Assembly: GCA_016841185.1 (NCBI GenBank)
Contig: JAENZQ010000006.1
Location: 30,717-94,716, forward strand
DNA from: Anaerovorax odorimutans
Lineage (GTDB): Bacteria > Bacillota > Clostridia > Peptostreptococcales > JAAYPU01
Length of the DNA: 64,000 bases
Reading direction: 5' to 3'
Shown here piece by piece: positions 27,940 to 36,213 of this stretch (position 1 is its first letter; every line of letters begins with the position of its first letter). The notes below the pieces were generated by a model. That model saw only the letters and a program-made list of their open reading frames with translations. It had not been told where the DNA came from and ran no database searches. The position numbers were made by a program, and so were the translations under genes.

Positions 27940-28791
27940 ATGGAATCTAATTTTTTAACACCGGGGGAAATTACGAAAAGTGTTGTAGAAACAGGGATAA
28001 AGAAAGCAAAGATCTCTTTCAGGGATCAATTGATATTAGGTGTATTGGCAGGTGCTTTTATTGCGTTTGCGGCCGAGGCTTCTAATATGGCAGCCTTTAA
28101 TCTGTTTGCAAACAGTGAAACATATGGCTTAGGGAAAGTTTTAGCCGGATCCATATTTGGGGCAGGCCTGATGCTGGTTCTGATAGCGGGAGGAGAACTT
28201 TTTACGGGTAATTCTCTCATTATCATAAGTGTGCTGGAAAAAAGAGTAAGACTGAGAAGTATGCTTTCAAACTGGGTGTTTGTATATACAGGAAATTTTC
28301 TCGGTTCGATATTTATTGCTTTTATGATGGTTGAATCGGGACTTTTAAGCAGCGGTGGCAATATGTTAGGCGCAGTGACCATCAAGATAGCAGCTTATAA
28401 AGTGGGGCTTCCTTTTATGTCTGCTGTTTTCCTTGGAATCATGTGCAACTGGCTTGTGTGTCTGGCCGTCTGGATTGCTTATAGCTCCAATGATATAACC
28501 GGAAAAATACTCGGCATATTTTTTCCCATATGGCTTTTTGTCACATCCGGGTTTGAGCATAGCGTTGCAAACATGTATTATATTCCGGCAGGAATACTGG
28601 CAAAAGCTGATTCCGCAATGGTAAAAGCAGCGAATTTACCTGCTGAAACATTAGCGGGGTTGAATTGGCAGACATTTATATTAAATAATCTTGTGCCTGT
28701 TACATTGGGAAATATCATAGGAGGAGGTTTTTTCGTTGCAGTTGTGTATTGGTTTGTGTATTTAAAAGGTAGCCGTAAGACTTCAGTTTAA
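27940..28791 (+). CDS. formate/nitrite transporter (FNT) family protein
   Basis: GAELFTGN-like GGELFTGN and FEHSVANMY motifs; six TM segments. Confidence 0.85.
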   Translation: MESNFLTPGEITKSVVETGIKKAKISFRDQLILGVLAGAFIAFAAEASNMAAFNLFANSETYGLGKVLAGSIFGAGLMLVLIAGGELFTGNSLIIISVLEKRVRLRSMLSNWVFVYTGNFLGSIFIAFMMVESGLLSSGGNMLGAVTIKIAAYKVGLPFMSAVFLGIMCNWLVCLAVWIAYSSNDITGKILGIFFPIWLFVTSGFEHSVANMYYIPAGILAKADSAMVKAANLPAETLAGLNWQTFILNNLVPVTLGNIIGGGFFVAVVYWFVYLKGSRKTSV

Positions 28792-28818
28792 GAAAAATAA
28801 TTTCAGGAGAATTAAATT

Positions 28819-29592
28819 ATGAGTGAGAGGACAAATACCGTTAAATCAATTGTAAAAGCCTTTGATATTTTGGAACTGTTAGATAAGAGACGGGAATTGG
28901 GAATCACAGAAATCAGTGAAGAATTAAAAATGGATAAAAGCACGGTTCATCGTATTATCAGCACTTTAAAAGAAAAAAATTATGTGGTTCAAAATATATC
29001 CAATAATAAATACTCCAATAGCTTTAAATTGTTTGAAATGGGAAACAATGCCATAGAAAGGCTGGGGTTAAGACGGCTTGCGCAGCCTTATCTGGAGCAG
29101 GTTGCAAGGATTACAAATGAAACTGTTAATATTGCCGTTATGTATGATAGAGATATCATATATATTGATAAAATTGAAAGCCCGGCAACCATAAAGGTAG
29201 ATCTGAGCATAGGGAAAAAACTTCCGGCATATTGTACCGGTCTTGGTAAAGCCATGCTTGCCTTTATGCCGGAGGAAAAAGTAATTAAAATAATGGAAGG
29301 TGTAGAGTTTGTCAAACATACGGACAAAACGGTTTCCGATATAAAAGAATTATTCAGACAGTTAATTAAAATCAGGGAAAAGGGGTATTCACTGGATGAT
29401 GAAGAATATGTAGAGGGACTTAAGTGCATAGCGGCTCCGGTTTTCAATTTCTACGGAGAAGTGATTGCTGCAATCAGTATTGCTGTTCCAAAATACAGAT
29501 ATGACGAAGGTGAGAAAAATATCGGCTACGGCAGTCTGATTAAGGCAACAGCTGCAAATCTGTCCAAAGAATTTGGTTACAGCCATAATTAA
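28819..29592 (+). CDS. IclR-family transcriptional regulator
   Basis: VKAFDILELL, ITEISEELKMDKSTVHRIISTL wHTH and a C-terminal IclR effector domain (GLKCIAAPVF). Confidence 0.85.
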   Translation: MSERTNTVKSIVKAFDILELLDKRRELGITEISEELKMDKSTVHRIISTLKEKNYVVQNISNNKYSNSFKLFEMGNNAIERLGLRRLAQPYLEQVARITNETVNIAVMYDRDIIYIDKIESPATIKVDLSIGKKLPAYCTGLGKAMLAFMPEEKVIKIMEGVEFVKHTDKTVSDIKELFRQLIKIREKGYSLDDEEYVEGLKCIAAPVFNFYGEVIAAISIAVPKYRYDEGEKNIGYGSLIKATAANLSKEFGYSHN

Positions 29593-29616
29593 TTTTTATA
29601 CAAGGAGGTATATATA

Positions 29617-30450
29617 ATGGCAAAAATAACGACACAAAAGTTACAGGAAATGAAAGAGCAGGGCATAAAAATAAGCATGACAACGGCTTATGATTATCCC
29701 ACAGCCTACATGGTTGATAAAGCTGGAATTGAGATTATTCTGGTCGGTGATTCTCTTTCCATGACGGTTTTAGGAAACGACTCCACTGTTCCATGTACCA
29801 TGGAGGATATGATACACCACATCAAACCTGTGGTTAAAGGTGCACCCAATCCCATGATCGTTGGAGATATGCCTTTTGGCTCATATAATGTATCCAAAGA
29901 ACAGGCCATCGCCAATGCAAACCGCCTGATGAAAGAAGGCGGCTGTGATATCATTAAGCTTGAAGGCGGAAAAGAAATGGCTGATACGGTTAAAGGGATT
30001 GTCGATGCAGGGATACCTGTAATGGGGCATATAGGCCTTACGCCGCAGACCGTATCCAAACTGGGAGGCTTCAAAGTGCAGGGAAAGGGCGAAGAAGCAG
30101 CTAAGGCCGTTCTTGAAGATGCACTGTTATTACAGGAAGCAGGTGCAAGCAGTCTGATACTTGAAGCTATTCCGGAACAACTTGGAAAACTCATTACTTC
30201 TAAAGTTTCCATTCCGACTATTGGAATCGGCGGCGGGCGGTATTGTGACGGTCAGGTATTGGTTTTCCATGATATGTTCGGATTGTTTGAAAAGTTCATA
30301 CCTAAATTTGTGAAACAATATCTAAATTTAGCACCTGAGATTATTAAAGGATTAGAGGCTTTTAAAGAAGATATCCGAACAGAGAAATTTCCTGAAGAAA
30401 AGCATGTATTTGGCGGTATTAAGGAAGAAGAGCTGAAAAGGCTGTATTAA
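29617..30450 (+). CDS. panB: 3-methyl-2-oxobutanoate hydroxymethyltransferase
   Basis: MTTAYDYPTA, LVGDSLSMTVLG, KLEGG, GHIGLTPQ. Confidence 0.95.
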   Translation: MAKITTQKLQEMKEQGIKISMTTAYDYPTAYMVDKAGIEIILVGDSLSMTVLGNDSTVPCTMEDMIHHIKPVVKGAPNPMIVGDMPFGSYNVSKEQAIANANRLMKEGGCDIIKLEGGKEMADTVKGIVDAGIPVMGHIGLTPQTVSKLGGFKVQGKGEEAAKAVLEDALLLQEAGASSLILEAIPEQLGKLITSKVSIPTIGIGGGRYCDGQVLVFHDMFGLFEKFIPKFVKQYLNLAPEIIKGLEAFKEDIRTEKFPEEKHVFGGIKEEELKRLY

Positions 30451-30480
30451 ATAAAGAGAAGATAATTGGAGGAAGAATAA

Positions 30481-31401
30481 ATGAAAATTGCTGTATTAGG
30501 GGCAGGCGCAATGGGTAGCCTATACGGCGGGCTGCTTGCAGAAGCCGGCAATGAAGTTTGGCTCATCGATGTATTCAAAGAGCATGTGAATGCAATCAAT
30601 AAAGACGGTCTTCAGATAGAGGGAGTCAGCGGCGATCGGGTTATCAAAAATATCAGAGCTACGGCAGATTCAGAAGAAGCGGGGATTGCCCAGCTGATAC
30701 TGGTATTTGTTAAATCGACGATTACAGATATTGCAGTGTCTCAGAATAAAGCCCTGATAGATGAAGATACTATCGTTTTGACGCTTCAAAACGGATTGGG
30801 GAACATCGAAAAGATCCAAACTACTGTTAACAAAGAAAACATCATTGCCGGCACTACAGCACATGGTTCCACAATGCTCGGTCCCGGAAAAATCAAGCAT
30901 GCCGGAAAAGGAAAAACCATAATAGGAGAACTGGACGGGACAGAATCTCAGAGAATACAATCGATTCTAAAAACCTTTGAACAAGCCGGAATAGAGTCTG
31001 AAATTTCCAATAATATCATGGGACTGATATGGGATAAATTATTGGTCAATGTTGGAATAAATGCACTGACAGCTATTACAGAGCTGAAAAACGGGCAATT
31101 GATCGAATTTCCGGAAACGGAATGGATCTTAGAAGAATCTGTAAGAGAAGCTATTAAGGTGGCTGAAGCAAAAGGGATCAAAATACCTTCTGAAGATGCG
31201 GTGATGCATACCAAAGAAGTCTGCAAAGCCACGGCTGCCAACCGATCATCCATGCTTCAGGATGTAATGAATCATCGCAGAACCGAAATAGAAATGATCA
31301 ATGGTGCCATTGTCAGAGAGAGTGAACAATATGGAATAGATTCGCCTGTAAATAAGGTACTAACAAAATTGATTTTAATTAAGGAAAAAACCTGTAAATA
31401 A
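30481..31401 (+). CDS. panE: 2-dehydropantoate 2-reductase
   Basis: MKIAVLGAGAMGSLYGG Rossmann start, LQNGLGN, SSMLQD..N.R.TEI. Confidence 0.85.
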   Translation: MKIAVLGAGAMGSLYGGLLAEAGNEVWLIDVFKEHVNAINKDGLQIEGVSGDRVIKNIRATADSEEAGIAQLILVFVKSTITDIAVSQNKALIDEDTIVLTLQNGLGNIEKIQTTVNKENIIAGTTAHGSTMLGPGKIKHAGKGKTIIGELDGTESQRIQSILKTFEQAGIESEISNNIMGLIWDKLLVNVGINALTAITELKNGQLIEFPETEWILEESVREAIKVAEAKGIKIPSEDAVMHTKEVCKATAANRSSMLQDVMNHRRTEIEMINGAIVRESEQYGIDSPVNKVLTKLILIKEKTCK

Positions 31402-31576
31402 GCTAATACCTTTATATTAGGCGTAAGAGAATTATTAGAAAATATCCGGAATCAGAATATTTTTAGCAAAAATAATTAGAGGGGATGTATACACAATACT
31501 GTAAAAAAAAGGAAATGATGTATAATATATATAAAACGCCACAACACCTTTATTTGGGTGGATACTTACAAATAAT

Positions 31577-31969
31577 ATGATTCCTCAACAGATTGCTGAT
31601 TTGTTTTTAAATATTTCCGATAATCCGATAATAATATTGCTACTTATTAATATATTATTATTATTTGTCGGTACCTTTCTGGATACTGTAGCAGCTATCA
31701 TTATACTCGTACCAATACTATTTCCGATTGTGTCACAGATTGGTGTAGATCCATTGCATTTTGGATTGATCATTTGTGTCAATCTTGCTATAGGTATGGT
31801 TACGCCGCCTTTTGGTGTATGCTTGTTTGTAGCCTGCGGAATAGGAAATATAAAATTAGAACAAATTACAAAAAGCATTTTGCCTTTTATTATTATCCTG
31901 ATTGTTGACATAATCTTGATTACTTATATACCTGCCATATCTACGTTTTTACCGAATTTATTAATGTAA
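31577..31969 (+). pseudogene. C-terminal remnant of a TRAP transporter large permease (DctM)
   Basis: The 130 aa match only the C-terminal third of DctM (LFPIV...GVDPLHFG...NLAIGMVTPPFG). There is no RBS, no N-terminal part and no dctP or dctQ nearby. Confidence 0.65.
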
Positions 31970-31983
31970 AACAAAGAATTTTT

Positions 31984-32020
31984 AAACCTCTGTAAAAAAA
32001 ATTTTACAGAGGTTTATTTA
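31984..32020 (+). terminator. strong hairpin terminator
   Basis: aaacctctgtaaaa (31984-31997) pairs perfectly with ttttacagaggttt (32002-32015). Confidence 0.7.
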
Positions 32021-32106
32021 TACATTTTTTTCAGTAAAAATAAAAGGCCGTTTCCGATCTGTTGAATTACACAGTAATACATGATTTATATTTTTTTATT
32101 TAATAA

Positions 32107-32637
32107 TCATATCATAGTTCCTTTATTTAAAGCTTTAATATTAGTAGGGATCACGGCTTTTTTGTTTTTAAAAAGCTTCTCTAATACTTGTTTAACAGAA
32201 TCCAGATTTACGACATTTGTTTTATCGATTATTGCACCTAACATTATCATATTAGCTGCTTTGTCGTTTCCCAGCTCCAATGCTATATCGTTTGCGGATA
32301 TATAATAATCTTTAATATCCTTCCTTGAAATCTTTTTATTTACTAAGGAACTGTTTACAAAAATATTCCCATTCTTAAGAACATTATCTTCAAACTTCTT
32401 CAATGAAGGCAAATTCATTGCAACAACAGAAGTCGCCTTTGTTATAACCGGGGAACTGATCGGTTTATCGGAAATGACAACATTGCAATTTGCCGTACCT
32501 CCACGCATTTCAGGGCCGTAAGACGGAAGCCATGTGACTTCTTTTCCTTCTATCATTCCGGCATAAGCCAGCATCATGCCCATAGACATGACACCCTGTC
32601 CTCCAAAACCTGAAATAATAAATTTGTGAGTTGCCAT
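32107..32637 (-). CDS. 2-oxoacid:ferredoxin oxidoreductase, gamma subunit
   Basis: SGFGGQGV motif, 176 aa, last gene of the delta-alpha-beta-gamma set. Confidence 0.85.
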   Translation of the reverse strand: MATHKFIISGFGGQGVMSMGMMLAYAGMIEGKEVTWLPSYGPEMRGGTANCNVVISDKPISSPVITKATSVVAMNLPSLKKFEDNVLKNGNIFVNSSLVNKKISRKDIKDYYISANDIALELGNDKAANMIMLGAIIDKTNVVNLDSVKQVLEKLFKNKKAVIPTNIKALNKGTMI

Positions 32638-32638
32638 A

Positions 32639-33385
32639 TTATCTGTCCTCCTTCGGAGACTTTAGATTTCCTAACGGATAATAGGGGATCATGTTTTTCC
32701 GGAGCCAATCCAAAGAATCGGCAGGATTCATGCCCCAATTGGTAGGACAAGTAGATAAGACCTCTACAAAAGTAAATCCTAATCCGGACAACTGAATTTC
32801 AAAGGCTTTTTTTATGGCCTTTTTTGCTTTTCTGATATTGGCAGGTTTATCTACAGAAACGCGTTCCACATAAACGGCGCCGTCTATAGTGGCAAGCATT
32901 TCTGATACCCTTAACGGAAAACCACAGTGATTGGGGTCTCTGCCGTTCGGAGCAGTAGTCGCAATTTGACCGGCTAATGTTGTTGGTGCCATTTGACCCC
33001 CTGTCATACCGTAAATGGCGTTATTTATAAATATGGTAGTGATTTTTTCACCTCTATGAGCGGCATGAACAATTTCTGCAGTACCGATGGAAGCTAAATC
33101 ACCATCTCCCTGGTAAGTAAATACAACACCATCCGGCTGAGCTCTTTTAATGCCTGTTGCTACTGCAGGAGCACGGCCATGAGCCGCTTCACACATATCA
33201 ATGGCAAAATATTTGTGTGCAAGGATACTGCATCCGACCGGGGAAACGCCTATGACTCTGTCCAATACATCTAATTCCTCCAAAGATTCTGCAACCAGTC
33301 TGTGGGTTATGCCATGGGTGCAGCCCGGGCAATAATGCTGTTCGGTATCTGTTAATCCCTTACTTTTTTTAAATATAACAGCCAT
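32639..33385 (-). CDS. 2-oxoacid:ferredoxin oxidoreductase, beta (TPP-binding) subunit
   Basis: CPGCTHG, GDGD...IG TPP motif, NNAIYGMTGGQ. Confidence 0.9.
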   Translation of the reverse strand: MAVIFKKSKGLTDTEQHYCPGCTHGITHRLVAESLEELDVLDRVIGVSPVGCSILAHKYFAIDMCEAAHGRAPAVATGIKRAQPDGVVFTYQGDGDLASIGTAEIVHAAHRGEKITTIFINNAIYGMTGGQMAPTTLAGQIATTAPNGRDPNHCGFPLRVSEMLATIDGAVYVERVSVDKPANIRKAKKAIKKAFEIQLSGLGFTFVEVLSTCPTNWGMNPADSLDWLRKNMIPYYPLGNLKSPKEDR

Positions 33386-34455
33386 TATTCAGCACCTCCT
33401 AAAATTTCTTTTGTTTTTTCAACAATTGCTTCAGGAGAAGGAATATTTCCGCCTGACCTTCCGTAAAATTCTACAGGGACTCTGCCTTTCACTGCAATTT
33501 TAACATCATCTACCATTTGTCCCAGACTCATTTCTATACTCATGACGCATTTTGTTTTCGAACTCAGTGTATCGAAAACTTCAAAAGGGAAAGGCCATAG
33601 CGTAATAGGCCTTATGAGACCGGCTTTTATATTGAGTGAAGATAGTTCTTCAATGACGGCTTTTACAATCCTGGACACAGTTCCGTATGCGACGAAAACG
33701 ATTTCTGCATCTTCGAGATGAAAAGCTTCATATTGAACCTCATTCTTTCTGATCACATCATATTTTGCTTTCAGCTTCAGATTTACTTCTTCCAGATCGT
33801 CCGGCTCCAGAGCCAGTGATTTGATTGTATTATGGGACCGTTGCCCTCTGGTTCCTGTCAAAGCCCAGATTTTTGGAGGCAGCTCTCTTTTTTTAGGAGC
33901 TCTAAGTTCTACCGGTTCCATCATTTGCCCTATCATACCGTCTCCTAAAATCATAACCGGATTTCTGTAATAATCTGCTGTTTCAAAAGCATTGGCCGTC
34001 AATTCAACTGCTTCCTGTATGGAAGCAGGAGCATATACGATCACCTGATAATCACCGTTCCCGCCGCCGCGGGTGCTTTGATAATAATCTGCCTGACCAG
34101 GCTGAATGCCTCCGATTCCGGGACCTGCTCTGGAAACATTGATGATAACACAAGGCAGTTCTGCCGAAGCAAGAAAAGAAATACCTTCCTGCTTCAAAGC
34201 AATTCCCGGAGATGAAGAAGACGTCATGACTCTGGCGCCGGCGCAAGCGGCACCATATACCATATTGATAGCGGCGATTTCACTTTCAGCCTGTAGAAAG
34301 CAACCTCCTGCTTTGGGCAGCTCTCTTGACATATATTCCGGCAGCTCGTTCTGTGGGGTAATGGGATAGCCAAAAAAATACCTACAGCCGCCTTTTATTG
34401 CAGCAGCAGCAAATGCTTCATTTCCTTTCATTAAAGTTTTTGCCAAATAAATCAC
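33385..34455 (-). CDS. 2-oxoacid:ferredoxin oxidoreductase, alpha subunit
   Basis: MKGNEAFAAAAIKGG...GYPITPQNE pattern. The true start is probably the TTG at 34446, behind aagggag. Confidence 0.9.
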   Translation of the reverse strand: MIYLAKTLMKGNEAFAAAAIKGGCRYFFGYPITPQNELPEYMSRELPKAGGCFLQAESEIAAINMVYGAACAGARVMTSSSSPGIALKQEGISFLASAELPCVIINVSRAGPGIGGIQPGQADYYQSTRGGGNGDYQVIVYAPASIQEAVELTANAFETADYYRNPVMILGDGMIGQMMEPVELRAPKKRELPPKIWALTGTRGQRSHNTIKSLALEPDDLEEVNLKLKAKYDVIRKNEVQYEAFHLEDAEIVFVAYGTVSRIVKAVIEELSSLNIKAGLIRPITLWPFPFEVFDTLSSKTKCVMSIEMSLGQMVDDVKIAVKGRVPVEFYGRSGGNIPSPEAIVEKTKEILGGAE

Positions 34456-34566
34456 TCCCTTATTTCATGCTTTATAGATGATAGATTATGGATTATAGTT
34501 TATGGATTATAGATGGTTTTCCATAGTAGTCCAAATAGTAGCTGTTCATTTTTCATTATCAATTGT

Positions 34567-34785
34567 TCATTTGTCAATCCGATAAACTGTAATAACAACG
34601 TCCGGGCATATGGTTGCGCAATTTGCACACCCTGTACATTTTTCTTCATCTGTTACATACGCCGGGTGAAAACCCTTTGAATTTATTTCATCTTTCAGGC
34701 CCAGAATATTTAACGGACACGCTGAGATACATAATTCACAGCCTTTGCAGCGTTCCTCGTCAAAAATAACCTTTCCCTTTGCCAT
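34567..34785 (-). CDS. 2-oxoacid:ferredoxin oxidoreductase, delta subunit (2x[4Fe-4S] ferredoxin)
   Basis: CKGCELCISACP and CTGCANCATICP. The start is taken at the ATG at 34785 behind gggagg. Confidence 0.85.
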   Translation of the reverse strand: MAKGKVIFDEERCKGCELCISACPLNILGLKDEINSKGFHPAYVTDEEKCTGCANCATICPDVVITVYRIDK

Positions 34786-34885
34786 AAATAAACCTCCCAT
34801 TATAATTAAGAATTAAGAATTATGAATGAACGTTAAGATTTTTCCTTACAAAAATCTCTTTCTTAAGTCTTTATCTTACTTAAAT

Positions 34886-35962
34886 CTATGCGTATTCCTT
34901 CACATCTTCTTCTCCCTGTAAAACACGAAGAGTGCCTTCGGTCAAAGCCTGCATTTCGTTTTCGCCAGGATACACGATTACCTTACTGATAAAAGCAACA
35001 TGTTCTGTTATCCAGCCGGTAAAGCGTGAATCAAAAGCAATACCGCCTGTTAAAATAACTGCATCAACAGCACCTTTTAAGACTGCAGCACAGCTCCCTA
35101 TTTCCTTAGCAATCTGATATGCCATAGCTTTATAAATGAGGGCAGCATCTTTATTGCCGTTTTCAATCATTTTACCGATCTCTTTTGCATCGTTTGTACC
35201 TAAATGTGCAACTAAACCGCCGTTTCCCACCAGCTTTTTCATAATATCAGGAACAGAATAATCCCCATATATAAACATTTTAAGAAGCTTTTCGGCAGGA
35301 ATTTCGCCGGCTCTTTCAGGAGTAAAGGGGCCGTCTCCTTCCAAAGCATTATTGACATCTACGACTCTGCCTTTTTTGTGTGCTCCTACTGAAATACCGC
35401 CTCCCAAGTGGGCAATAATTAAATTTAATTCTTCATATTTTTTTGATAATTCTTTAGATACGCATCTCGCAACGGCTTTTTGATTGAGAGCATGAAAAAT
35501 GCTGGTCCTTTTTATTTCCGGAATACCGGTTATCCGGGCGATATCTTCCATTTCATCCACAACAACAGGGTCCACGATATAGGAAGGTTTTTGGATTTCA
35601 TCACCAATTTTTTTAGCAATGATGCCTCCCAGATTTGAAGCATGCTGTCCTTGGACCCCAATGGTCAGGTCATGGATCATTCTTTCATTGATGCGATAAG
35701 TTCCTCCTTTTAGAGGTTTCAGCAGCCCGCCTCGTCCGACCACAGCATCTAAGCAGGACAAATCAATATTATTATCTCTTAAAGCTTCTTTTATCAGGCT
35801 TGTTCTGAATGAAAGCTGTTCAGCGATAGAGCTGTATTGACTTAATACCTCGGCGCCATGCCTTATGGTTGTTTGCATGATATTATTCGAATTTGAAAAT
35901 ACAGCAATTTTAGTTGAAGTGGATCCGGGGTTGATAACGAGTATTTTGTAAGTATTTTCCAT
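34886..35962 (-). CDS. buk: butyrate (short/branched-chain acyl) kinase
   Basis: KILVINPGSTSTKIA, HLGGGISV and ILTGGIA motifs. The ATG at 35962 lies behind aaggag. Confidence 0.9.
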   Translation of the reverse strand: MENTYKILVINPGSTSTKIAVFSNSNNIMQTTIRHGAEVLSQYSSIAEQLSFRTSLIKEALRDNNIDLSCLDAVVGRGGLLKPLKGGTYRINERMIHDLTIGVQGQHASNLGGIIAKKIGDEIQKPSYIVDPVVVDEMEDIARITGIPEIKRTSIFHALNQKAVARCVSKELSKKYEELNLIIAHLGGGISVGAHKKGRVVDVNNALEGDGPFTPERAGEIPAEKLLKMFIYGDYSVPDIMKKLVGNGGLVAHLGTNDAKEIGKMIENGNKDAALIYKAMAYQIAKEIGSCAAVLKGAVDAVILTGGIAFDSRFTGWITEHVAFISKVIVYPGENEMQALTEGTLRVLQGEEDVKEYA

Positions 35963-35999
35963 ACACAAATCTCCTTATAAGAAGTTTAATTATATATAA

Positions 36000-36015
36000 C
36001 GCAAAAGACGTGCCA
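36000..36015 (-). promoter_or_regulatory. sigma-54 (-24/-12) promoter of the buk-kor operon
   Basis: The minus strand reads TGGCACGTCTTTTGCG, that is TGGCAC-N5-TTGC, ending about 38 nt upstream of the buk ATG. Confidence 0.8.
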
Positions 36016-36083
36016 TAAAAAAAAGAAACACCAATATGTTGGAATTCCTTAAATGATGGAAAGTATTTTATAACAAAGAATAA

Positions 36084-36155
36084 GTTTTGCAATGCTTTGC
36101 ATGCAAAACTTTGCAAACACTTTCAAGAACCATGCAATATCCTGCATGGTTCTTG
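36084..36155. promoter_or_regulatory. candidate enhancer (UAS) sites for the sigma-54 activator
   Basis: 12-bp palindrome tttgcatgcaaa (36096-36107) flanked by further ttgcaa repeats, and a 13-bp perfect inverted repeat caagaaccatgca-N6-tgcatggttcttg (36124-36155). These lie 70-150 bp upstream of the -24 element. Confidence 0.45.
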
Positions 36156-36213
36156 TATAAACTGGATAAATCATTTAAATTTAATGTAGCATGTTTTTCA
36201 ACAATCTTTATAC

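Noticed and set aside
29706-30212. Long antisense ORFs inside well-supported genes. This one is opposite panB; others include 2094-2576, 10705-11109, 16028-16537, 28026-28385, 36293-36700, 42123-42479 and 53470-53976
   Set aside because: These are shadow ORFs on the strand opposite genes with clear family signatures. They have no RBS and no recognisable motifs.
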